Of a stretch of DNA of 64,000 nt, positions 18,905 through 27,497 are shown piece after piece. The notes under the pieces were generated by a model, which was given only the letters and a program-made list of their open reading frames with translations, had not been told where the DNA came from and did no database searches. The DNA comes from Candidatus Marinacidobacterium sp. (lineage in GTDB: Bacteria > Acidobacteriota > Vicinamibacteria > Marinacidobacterales > Marinacidobacteraceae), in the NCBI GenBank assembly GCA_965220965.1, contig OZ244852.1, positions 2,464,001 through 2,528,000 of the forward strand, given 5' to 3'. How positions within the stretch are numbered: the stretch's first letter is position 1; every line of letters begins with the position of its first letter. Made by a program: the position numbers and the translations under genes.

Positions 18905-21412
18905 TCAGCGGCGAAGGGCCCTGATGCGCTGGAGTCCCTCTTCCACCCCGGCGAGGACTAGCTCGCGCTGGGCCTCGTTCGCCCAGTCGTCCCGCCGCTC
19001 CATGGCGGCCCCGAAGTCCACGATCATCTGCTCGATGTAAGCGCGGTCGGCTTCGACCACGATCCCGCGACCGCCCACGAGCACGTAGACCGGAGTCGAG
19101 TGCGCGAAGAGCCCGATGTCGGTGGTCCAGGGTGACTGCGGGCCCTCCACGCGGACCGCCACCCAGGCGCTGTCGTCGAGCGCCAGCTCGGTGGTCAGCT
19201 CGAGCGCGAACGGCGACTCCGCCACCGGATCGGCCCGGGGATCGCCGGTCGCCTCTTCCCGGACTTGGCCGTTCACCAGGATCTGCAGCCGCTCCATCGG
19301 GACGGCCGATATCGCCCGCGCCCGCACCGGAACCGTCCCGGGGCCGTCGAGCCGGATCTCTTCCCCCATCCCCGCGCCATCCACCGACAGCTCGAGGAGG
19401 GGTCCGTTCGTCGAGAAGCTGCGGCCGGCGCGGAGTCCTTCACCCCAGGCGTCGATCGTGAGCGGGCCCTCTACGCGGACGTAAGTCCGCCCGGTCCCCA
19501 GCGGCGGATCGCGGGAGGTGTCCGAGAAGGTGTCCGATCCGCCGGCGGCGGCGAGGCGCAGCCCGGCGTTCTGCAGGCGGGCGTAGATCGCCGCCGCGCC
19601 GATCTCGGAACTCGGGATGCAGTTGATGTCGAAGAAGTCGGCGACCCCCAGGACGGCGTCCAGCGGAATCGCGGATGGCGAATTCCCCTCGAACCGCTCC
19701 CCCTCGGCGAGGTACCCCCAGTAGGGGTGCGGCATGCCCACGACGACCTGCTCGCCCTGTTCGGCGCGCAGCCGGCGGATGTAGTCGAACAGCGGCGGGA
19801 ACGGGGCCTCGCGCGCCGTTCCGCGCACTCCGGTGGCCAGCGGGTGGAACAGCCGCACCGGGTTCAGGAACGTGCGGTGTCCGAAGGGCATCCGGTATTC
19901 CTGTCCATAGCGGAGCCGGATGTGGTCGGTCGAGGCGGGGTGCGGACCGGGGGCGAAGCGCTCGAAGTCGCCCATCGTCCGCGATCCGTCCACATGGATC
20001 AGCGCGTGGACCACCCGGACCGCCTCGGCCTCCGCCTGGGCCACCAGATCCTCCGGCGTGATCCGCAGGTCCCCGGCGTGGAGGTCGTGGACATGCGTGT
20101 CACCCGAGCGCCAGCCCTCGGCGCCGAGGTCGGCGAACCGCTCGACCACGGCGTCGACCACGGTTTCCTCTCCCGGGGCGATCTCCACCGTTCGCTCCCA
20201 GGGCAGGAACTCGACCCCGCGCTTCAGCCGCACGGTGGCGGGCCCGGGAGGCAGTTCGACCTCGAACTCGCCGCCGGTGTGGAAGTAGTGAGTCTCGGTG
20301 AAGGAGACGATGCGCCGGAAGGCCCCGCGGGGCGCATGCGCGCGGCCATCGGCCCCCAGCACGGTGGCCCTCGCCGCGAGGTTGGCCCGCACCCGCAGCC
20401 GACCCCATGGAGCGCCGGCGCGCGTCAGCCCGGTGACATCCACCGGGTGGACGCCGCCGCCGTGGACTCCGACCCGCCGGAGTCCCGGACGCCCGTCCCG
20501 GTTCGTCGTGAACACGAGCGCTTCGCCGTCGGGCGACCACGCCGGGTCCCGCTCATCCCAGCGGTCGTCGCGCGTCAGCCGGAACGGGACGCCGCCCGCG
20601 GCCGGGAGCAGGAACAGGTCGTAGCTTCCCCGGATGTCGGATGCGTAGGCGATGAAGCGCCCGTCGGGGGAGACCGCCGGACGGGTGCGGAACGTCGTCT
20701 CTTCCACGTGGAGCTCGCGGGCGTCGCCGGGGCCCTCGATCCGGAAGATGCCTCCCGTCCCGGGAAAGTCCGAGCGGTTCGACACCGCCACCACGAAGTC
20801 ATCCGCGCCCCCGAGGAGGAACCCCGGCCCGGGGTCCGGCTGGATCTCGTTCGACTCCCCGCCCCAGACGAGGTGGTCGTCGCCGCTCGCGGCGATCGCC
20901 CGGATGTCGAAGCTCCCCGAGTCCGCGGACGCGTAGACGACGCGGCCTTCCGACGCCGCCCGCGGATGGAAGTCCATCGCCGGGTGGGACGTCAGGCGTT
21001 CCGGGGTTCCTCCTCGCGCCGCCACCCGGTAGATGTCGAGGTTGCCGCCGAGGTCCCGCGCAAAAACCAGCGAGCTTCCGTCCGGCGCCCAGTCGGGCTC
21101 GAAGTCGTAGGCGGGATCCGGATCCTCCGGCCCTCCGGTGATCTGTCTCGCCGTCCCGCCTTCCACCGGTACGGCCCAGATCCGGCCGTCGAGGGCGAAA
21201 GCGATCTCCCGCCCGTCAGGGGACCACGCCGGGGTGGCGGGCCACGCGGTGACGCGCGGGACCAGGTAGTTCTCCACCCGGATCTGCCCGCCGGCGACCG
21301 GCGGATACCGCAGCGGGCTCATCTGTCCGGTGGCGTTCCATGAGGCGCCAAACGCCGCGACCGCCAGGGTCGCGATCCGGAGGCGGGGGCCGCGAAGACC
21401 GGGAGCCGACAT
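18905..21412 (-). CDS. Exported TolB-like propeller + CehA/McbA-type PHP metallohydrolase
   Basis: WSPDG/PD40-like repeats, then GDTHVH, GQEY, GH, HP, GGSD, GRTYV and TNGPLL. Confidence 0.85.
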   Translation of the reverse strand: MSAPGLRGPRLRIATLAVAAFGASWNATGQMSPLRYPPVAGGQIRVENYLVPRVTAWPATPAWSPDGREIAFALDGRIWAVPVEGGTARQITGGPEDPDPAYDFEPDWAPDGSSLVFARDLGGNLDIYRVAARGGTPERLTSHPAMDFHPRAASEGRVVYASADSGSFDIRAIAASGDDHLVWGGESNEIQPDPGPGFLLGGADDFVVAVSNRSDFPGTGGIFRIEGPGDARELHVEETTFRTRPAVSPDGRFIAYASDIRGSYDLFLLPAAGGVPFRLTRDDRWDERDPAWSPDGEALVFTTNRDGRPGLRRVGVHGGGVHPVDVTGLTRAGAPWGRLRVRANLAARATVLGADGRAHAPRGAFRRIVSFTETHYFHTGGEFEVELPPGPATVRLKRGVEFLPWERTVEIAPGEETVVDAVVERFADLGAEGWRSGDTHVHDLHAGDLRITPEDLVAQAEAEAVRVVHALIHVDGSRTMGDFERFAPGPHPASTDHIRLRYGQEYRMPFGHRTFLNPVRLFHPLATGVRGTAREAPFPPLFDYIRRLRAEQGEQVVVGMPHPYWGYLAEGERFEGNSPSAIPLDAVLGVADFFDINCIPSSEIGAAAIYARLQNAGLRLAAAGGSDTFSDTSRDPPLGTGRTYVRVEGPLTIDAWGEGLRAGRSFSTNGPLLELSVDGAGMGEEIRLDGPGTVPVRARAISAVPMERLQILVNGQVREEATGDPRADPVAESPFALELTTELALDDSAWVAVRVEGPQSPWTTDIGLFAHSTPVYVLVGGRGIVVEADRAYIEQMIVDFGAAMERRDDWANEAQRELVLAGVEEGLQRIRALRR

Positions 21413-21534
21413 GGGAGTTTCCGCCGAAGTATCCCAGAGGGCGGGCCACTCCTTCCCGCGCGGCCGGACCGCTAGAATCGCCCGACGCGGTCGCCTCGGG
21501 GTGGTGGCGGCCCGCTTTTTCCGGAGAGGGAACG

Positions 21535-21873
21535 ATGGCCGAGGGCAATGTGCTGGAACTGACCAGCGAGAACTTCGATTCCACCGTGGGCGGCGACCAG
21601 CCGACGCTCGTGGACTTCTGGGCCGAGTGGTGTGGCCCTTGCCGGATGATCGCTCCCACGATCACCGAACTCGCCGACGAGTTCGAGGGTCGGGCGCACA
21701 TCGGCAAGGTGGACATCGATGCCGAACCGATGATCGCGGACCGCTTCCGGGTCCGCTCGATCCCGACGCTCCTGTTCTTCCAGGGCGGCGAGGTCGTCGG
21801 GCAGATCATCGGAGTCCAGCGGAAGCAGGCGCTCGCCGACAAGCTGAACTCGCTCATCAACGGCGCCGCCTGA
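21535..21873 (+). CDS. trxA: Thioredoxin
   Basis: VDFWAEWCGPC and SIPTL motifs. GGAGAGG ribosome-binding site. Confidence 0.96.
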   Translation: MAEGNVLELTSENFDSTVGGDQPTLVDFWAEWCGPCRMIAPTITELADEFEGRAHIGKVDIDAEPMIADRFRVRSIPTLLFFQGGEVVGQIIGVQRKQALADKLNSLINGAA

Positions 21874-21971
21874 AGCCGGGCGTCACCGCTCCCCCGCCCG
21901 GGTAGAGCGCCCCGTCTCCTGTCGTCTCGGTGGCGGGACGCCGCCGCCGCGTTCGTGAGACACTGAGCCGG

Positions 21972-23534
21972 ATGAGCGGCTCGCGTGTCGGGTCCCTGGC
22001 CCGGTCGTTCCTGCCGGCGGCGGCGCTGGGGTCCCTTGTGGCCTGCGGGACGCCCGCCGGCGGACTCGTCATCGAGAACGCCCGGATCGTGGACGGAACC
22101 GGCGCGCCGGCCTTCCTCGGCGGCGTCCGGATCGAGGCCGGGAGCATCACCCACGTGGGACCGGATGTGTCCCCGGGACCTGGCGCCGAGGTCGTGGACG
22201 CCGGCGGGCGGGTGCTGGCCCCCGGTTTCGTGGACACCCACAGCCACGCGGATCGCGGGATCCTCGATGAGCTCGATGCGGTCGCCGCAGTGAGCCAGGG
22301 AATCACGACAATCGTCGTCGGGCAGGACGGGGGCTCTCCGCACCCGCTGGCGGACTTCCGCGCCCGGCTGGAGGCGGATCCCGCCACCGTCAACGTGGCC
22401 AGCTACGTGGGCCACAACACCCTGCGCGACCTCGTCCTCGGGGAGGACTTTCGCCGGGAGGCCACGGACGAAGAGATCGCGGCGATGGCGGGCCTTCTCG
22501 CGGAGGAACTCGAAGCGGGGGCGCTCGGGCTGAGCACCGGCCTCGAGTACGACCCGGGGATCTACTCGGCGACCGGGGAGGTGATCGCCCTGGCCGAGGT
22601 CGCCGCGGCGGCCGGAGGGCGCTACATCAGCCATCTCCGCAGCGAGGACCGCTGGTTCCGGGACGCGGTCGAAGAGATCATCAGGGTGGGCGAGGTCACC
22701 GGCATGCCGGTCCAGATCTCCCACGCCAAGCTCGCGCTGAAGAGCCTGTGGGGTGGGGCCGAGGCGTTTCTGGACCGCCTCGACCAGGCGCGCGCCGAGG
22801 GGGTGGACATCACCCTCGATGTCTATCCGTACCCGTACTGGCAATCGACGCTGACCGTCATGTTCCCCGACCGCGACTACGGCGATCTCGAGGAGGCCAG
22901 CTATGTCGTCACCGAGATGGCTCCGCCCGAGGGGATCCTGATTCCGGTCTACGCTCCGGAGCCCTCCTGGGCCGGAAGAACGCTCGCGTCGATCGCCGAG
23001 GAACTCGACGAGGAACCGGCCGTGGTTCTGCTCGATCTCATCCGCCGCGCCGAGGCGATGCGCGCCGATCCGGCGACGCCGCCCGGGACGCCGATCGAGT
23101 CCGTAATCGCCACGAGCATGGCCGAGGACGACATCGCCCGCATCTTCGCCTGGGACCACGCGAACCTGAGCACCGACGGGGCCCTGCGGGGAGCGCACCC
23201 CCGGGGGTTCGGCGCGTTCCCCCGCGCGCTCCGCCAGTTCGTCCGCGAGCGCCAGATCGTGACCCTCGAGGAGGCCGTACGCCGAATGACCTCGCTTGCC
23301 GCGGACCACATGGGGTTCTCCGGCCGGGGTCGGATCGAGCCCGGGATGGCGGCTGACCTCGTCCTGTTCGACCCGGACACCGTCACCGACCGGGCCACGC
23401 CCGAGGACCCGCACGCCCTGTCGACCGGGATCCACCGGGTGCTGGTCGCCGGGGAGACGGTCTTTGTGGATGGCCGGACAACCGACGCCCGCCCGGGCGC
23501 CTTCCTCACCCGCGAGATGTCGCCACCCTCATGA
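21972..23534 (+). CDS. N-acyl-D-amino-acid deacylase family amidohydrolase, probable lipoprotein
   Basis: Motifs APGFVDTHSH, GLSTGLEY, SHLRSE, HPRGFGAF and ADLVLFD. Lipobox LVAC. Confidence 0.87.
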   Translation: MSGSRVGSLARSFLPAAALGSLVACGTPAGGLVIENARIVDGTGAPAFLGGVRIEAGSITHVGPDVSPGPGAEVVDAGGRVLAPGFVDTHSHADRGILDELDAVAAVSQGITTIVVGQDGGSPHPLADFRARLEADPATVNVASYVGHNTLRDLVLGEDFRREATDEEIAAMAGLLAEELEAGALGLSTGLEYDPGIYSATGEVIALAEVAAAAGGRYISHLRSEDRWFRDAVEEIIRVGEVTGMPVQISHAKLALKSLWGGAEAFLDRLDQARAEGVDITLDVYPYPYWQSTLTVMFPDRDYGDLEEASYVVTEMAPPEGILIPVYAPEPSWAGRTLASIAEELDEEPAVVLLDLIRRAEAMRADPATPPGTPIESVIATSMAEDDIARIFAWDHANLSTDGALRGAHPRGFGAFPRALRQFVRERQIVTLEEAVRRMTSLAADHMGFSGRGRIEPGMAADLVLFDPDTVTDRATPEDPHALSTGIHRVLVAGETVFVDGRTTDARPGAFLTREMSPPS

Positions 23535-24334
23535 ACCCCGCCGTTCGCTTCGGACCCCTGCTGTCGGGTCTCGCCACCCTCCTTCTGTTCGCCGCGTGTG
23601 GCGGAGGCGGTGAGTCGCCCCTGCCCACGACCCCGGAGCCCCTGCCCTCGCTCGATGTCCCCTTCTCCACCGAGGATCTCGAAGTCGGCGACGGCCCCAC
23701 CCTGGAAATGGGGTGGCTGGCGGCGATCGCCTACACCGGCTGGATCTACGACCCCGACGCTTCCGACAACCGCGGCGACGTGGTCGGATCGGCCCCCGTC
23801 GAGGCGCCGGCGCCCTTCCGGGTCGGCATCGGCCAGTTGATCCCCGGCGTCGACCAGGGGATCCTCGGAATGCGGGTCGGCGGCCGACGGCGCATCGTCG
23901 TTCCGCCGGACCTGGGATTCGGCGCTTCCGGGACCAGCGGGATTCCGGGGAACGCGACGCTCCTCTACGAGATCGAGTTGCTGGCGGCCGACGAAGTTCC
24001 GTTCAGCGCCAACGACCTGACCGCGGGGGACGGTCCCGAAGCCGAGGCCGGCCAGTCGCTTTCGGTCGTCTACCGAGGCTGGATCTACGACCTGCTGGCG
24101 GAGGAGAACAAGGGCGACCTCTTCGACTCGAACACCGCCGACAGCCCCTACACCTTCACGCTCGGCGCCGGAACGGTCATCGAGGGGTGGGAGCGCGGCG
24201 TCCCCGGTCTGCGCGTCGGCGGCGTCCGACGGCTGGTGATTCCCCACGAGCTGGGGTACGGAACCACCGCCAGCGGCCCCATCCCGGCCTACTCAACGCT
24301 CCTCTTCGAGGTCGAACTCCTCGCGATCAACTGA
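23531..24334 (+). CDS. Tandem FKBP-type PPIase lipoprotein
   Basis: Two FKBP domains (GMRVGGRR.IVVPP.LG and GLRVGG.RRLVIPHELGYG, LFEVELL). Lipobox FAAC. Confidence 0.92.
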   Translation: MNPAVRFGPLLSGLATLLLFAACGGGGESPLPTTPEPLPSLDVPFSTEDLEVGDGPTLEMGWLAAIAYTGWIYDPDASDNRGDVVGSAPVEAPAPFRVGIGQLIPGVDQGILGMRVGGRRRIVVPPDLGFGASGTSGIPGNATLLYEIELLAADEVPFSANDLTAGDGPEAEAGQSLSVVYRGWIYDLLAEENKGDLFDSNTADSPYTFTLGAGTVIEGWERGVPGLRVGGVRRLVIPHELGYGTTASGPIPAYSTLLFEVELLAIN

Positions 24335-24389
24335 GGCCGGCGCCCCCGGTAGCGTCTCGCTGGGGGTAGGCTAGGGCGCTTTGGTCGAA

Positions 24390-25439
24390 ATGGCGCGTCA
24401 GGAATTGTCCGGTCCGCCGGTTGAGGATTCGTTCGGGCGGCCGCTGCGCAGCTTGCGGCTGTCGGTGACCGACCGATGCAACCTGCGGTGCGAGTACTGC
24501 ATGCCGGAGGAGGAGTACGTCTGGCTGCCGCGGAAGGACCTGTTGCGGTTCGAGGAGACGGCGTTTCTGGTGGAGCGGTTCGTCGCCCTCGGCGTGCGGC
24601 GGGTCCGCATCACCGGAGGGGAGCCCCTGCTGCGGCAGCACGTTCCCGAGCTCGTGACGCGGGTGGCGGCCGTGCGGGGGATCGAGGACATCGCGCTCAC
24701 CACGAACGGCGTCTTCCTCCCGAAGCAGGCGGAGGCGCTGCGCGCGGCTGGCCTCCATCGGATCACCGTGAGTCTGGACACGCTGCGCCGGGACCGGTTC
24801 CGGGAGCTGACGCGTCGCGACGATCTCTCCCGGGTGCGCGAGGGGATCGCCGCCGCGCGGGCCGCCGGTCTGCTGCCGCTCAAGCTGGACACCGTCGTCA
24901 TGCGGGGGTTCAACGACGATGAACTCGCGGACCTGTTCGAGTTCGCCAGCGAGCACGATGCCGAGGTTCGCTTCATCGAGTACATGGATGTCGGCGGCGC
25001 CACGAACTGGCGTCCCGAGCGGGTCCTTTCGGCGAAGACGATCCGCGAAGTGATGCGCCGGCGCTACGGCGGGCTCGAGCCGGTCGAGGGCCAGGATCCG
25101 GCTGCGCCGGCGCGGCGCTACCGCGTGCCCGACGGCAGAGTGTTCGGGATCATCGCCTCGGTGACGGAGCCGTTCTGCCGGTCGTGCGACCGCAGCCGGG
25201 TGACTGCGGACGGTCGCTGGTACCGGTGTCTCTATGCGGTGGACGGGATCGACTTGCGCGGTCCGCTTCGCGCCGGCGCGAGCGCGGCGGAGATCGAGGC
25301 GCTGATCGCCTCCGGCTGGCGCGTCCGGGAGGACCGCGGCGCCGAAGAGCGCGCCGCCCTCGATCGCCGGGCCCCGCTGGTCCAGATCTCGGACCTGCGG
25401 GCCGATCCCCACCTCGAGATGCACACCCGGGGGGGCTGA
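24390..25439 (+). CDS. moaA: GTP 3',8-cyclase MoaA
   Basis: LRLSVTDRCNLRCEYCMP, ITGGEP, RFIEYM, FCRSCDR..CL and C-terminal GG. Confidence 0.96.
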   Translation: MARQELSGPPVEDSFGRPLRSLRLSVTDRCNLRCEYCMPEEEYVWLPRKDLLRFEETAFLVERFVALGVRRVRITGGEPLLRQHVPELVTRVAAVRGIEDIALTTNGVFLPKQAEALRAAGLHRITVSLDTLRRDRFRELTRRDDLSRVREGIAAARAAGLLPLKLDTVVMRGFNDDELADLFEFASEHDAEVRFIEYMDVGGATNWRPERVLSAKTIREVMRRRYGGLEPVEGQDPAAPARRYRVPDGRVFGIIASVTEPFCRSCDRSRVTADGRWYRCLYAVDGIDLRGPLRAGASAAEIEALIASGWRVREDRGAEERAALDRRAPLVQISDLRADPHLEMHTRGG

Positions 25440-25466
25440 GGCGCGGGCCGCGCCTCGCGGCCCCGG

Positions 25467-26468
25467 TCAGCGCTCTGACGGACCCGGATCCGGCTCCGGC
25501 GTGTCTTCCTGGAGACGGATTTCCACGATGGCGTTCTCGCGCAGGTTCTCCACGAAGTTGCCCATCTCGGCTTCCATCTTCTCGTTGTAGAGCGCCTCGG
25601 CGATCTGGTTCCGGACTTCGTCCAGCGGGATCGTGGAGCCCTCGGTGCGCTCGTCCACCTGGAGGAGATAGAACGACTCGCCAATGCGGATGGCATCGGA
25701 GATCTGGCCCGCCTCCATCGCTTCGACGACGGACCGGAACGATTCGTCGAGTTCGCGAATCGCGAACAGCCCGAGGACTCCACCGCTCTCGGCGGAGTCC
25801 GATTCCGACCGCACCATGGCGACCTCGGCGAAGTCGGTCCCGGATTCGATCAGCCCCCTCGCCTCTTCGATGCGCGCGCGAGCGTCGGCCTCTCCCGCTT
25901 CCCCGATGTGGACCACGAGTTCGCGAAGTCGAACCTGGGGCGGACTCGAGAAGTCGTCCACGTTTTCGCGGTAGCGCTGTTCGATCTCGGGCTCGCTGAT
26001 GCGGACCCGCTCCTCGATGTCCTGACGCCGGATCTCCTGGATCAGGACTCCCTCGAAGAACTGGCGCCTCAACTCGTCGATCGTGGTGCCCTGGAGCTCC
26101 ACCTGCCGGGCGAACTCTTCCTCGTCGGGAAGGTTCATCTCCTTCATGGTGGCTTCCTTCCACTCCTCGAAGTAGCGGTCCGGCACCCGCAGGCCGCGCT
26201 GCTCCGCGACCTGGAGAATGAGCGCGTTGTCCACCATCCCCTCGAGGATCTGCGCCCGGAATTCGGCGCGGACGGCCGGGTCGTCGGGGATCCCGAGCCG
26301 CTCCACCTGGATTTCGACCTGCCGGTCCAGATCGCTCATCGTGATCATGTCCCCGTTCACGAGGGCCACCACCCGGTCCACGACTTCCCCCTGGGCGGCG
26401 GCTTGCGGGACCGCCAGCGCAAGGCAGGCCAACGCAAGGAATACGGGGCGGCGGAAGGGAAACGGCAT
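25467..26468 (-). CDS. SurA-like parvulin PPIase/chaperone
   Basis: VVDRVVALVNGDMIT SurA-N region and rotamase domain (DFAEVA..S..GG.LG). Follows mfd. Confidence 0.85.
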   Translation of the reverse strand: MPFPFRRPVFLALACLALAVPQAAAQGEVVDRVVALVNGDMITMSDLDRQVEIQVERLGIPDDPAVRAEFRAQILEGMVDNALILQVAEQRGLRVPDRYFEEWKEATMKEMNLPDEEEFARQVELQGTTIDELRRQFFEGVLIQEIRRQDIEERVRISEPEIEQRYRENVDDFSSPPQVRLRELVVHIGEAGEADARARIEEARGLIESGTDFAEVAMVRSESDSAESGGVLGLFAIRELDESFRSVVEAMEAGQISDAIRIGESFYLLQVDERTEGSTIPLDEVRNQIAEALYNEKMEAEMGNFVENLRENAIVEIRLQEDTPEPDPGPSER

Positions 26469-26555
26469 GCTGGGACTCCGGGACGCGACTTCGGATTCTA
26501 GTTTCGGCCCGGTTCGGTCCTCCGGAAGCGCAGGGAACATCCTCACGGGTCGCCG

Positions 26556-27497
26556 TCAGGGCGCGTCGGAAAGAACGCCGAGATAAGGAAAGGGGAGCTG
26601 CTCGGTGTGGACGGTGACCGGGTGGCGTTCCCGCAGTTCTTCGAGAAGCGTCTCCATCCGGGCGTCCGCCTCCCGGCGAAGCACGGTCATCCGGACGACG
26701 GGCTCCACTTCCTCGAAGGGCAGCGCCTCCGCCTCGCTCCTCTCGTCCACGCGGAAGATCCGGTAGCCGGCCGCGGTTTCCACCGGCTCGGTGATGCCGC
26801 CAGCTTCGAGACGGAAGACGGCGTCGTTGACCCCGGAGGGCAGTTCGTTTCGGCGAAATGCGCCGATGTCCTCGAACCGCTCGCTCATCCGCGCCGCCTC
26901 CGAAGGGTCCTCCCTCAGGCGGGCGGCCGCCGCCAGGGCTTCCTCGCGGCTGGCGAACCCGAGTTCGGACAGGTGGACCGACTCGGGGCGAGCGTAGAAG
27001 CCCCGGTTCGCCTCGAACTCCGTCCGCACCGCATCCTCGCTTACGTCCACTTCGGCGAGCACGACGGTCCTGACCAGCTCCTCGACGCGGAGCCGGTTCC
27101 GGACGGCGTTCCGGAGCCGCGCCTCCGGTTGCGGAGCGCGCGCTTCCGGGTCCTGCGGCGCCGCGTCCGGCAGGACATCGGCCCGGGCGGCGCGGCTGAG
27201 CGCGCTCACCTCGGCGACGATGCGGCTCTCCGGAACTTCGACCCCGGCCTCATCGGCGGCGAGGAGGAGCAGTTGCTCGCCGACGAACTCGTCGAGAAAC
27301 GTGCTGAGCAGCGCCGGATCCCGCCCCCGGGTGAACGACGCGTGCGACGCCACGAATCCGTCGAAGTCCGCCTGGGTGAACTCGCGATCGCCCAGCGTGA
27401 TGACCAGCGGCTCGGGCGCCTCGCCCAGCCATCCGCACCCGGCCAGCCCGCCGCCGAGGACCAGCGCCATCGCCGCGCGGCGGATCCCGCTGGTCAC
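26556..27497 (-). CDS. SurA/parvulin-like PPIase lipoprotein
   Basis: Lipobox LAGC and rotamase end PVETAAGYRIFRV. Coupled to mfd. Confidence 0.78.
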   Translation of the reverse strand: MTSGIRRAAMALVLGGGLAGCGWLGEAPEPLVITLGDREFTQADFDGFVASHASFTRGRDPALLSTFLDEFVGEQLLLLAADEAGVEVPESRIVAEVSALSRAARADVLPDAAPQDPEARAPQPEARLRNAVRNRLRVEELVRTVVLAEVDVSEDAVRTEFEANRGFYARPESVHLSELGFASREEALAAAARLREDPSEAARMSERFEDIGAFRRNELPSGVNDAVFRLEAGGITEPVETAAGYRIFRVDERSEAEALPFEEVEPVVRMTVLRREADARMETLLEELRERHPVTVHTEQLPFPYLGVLSDAP

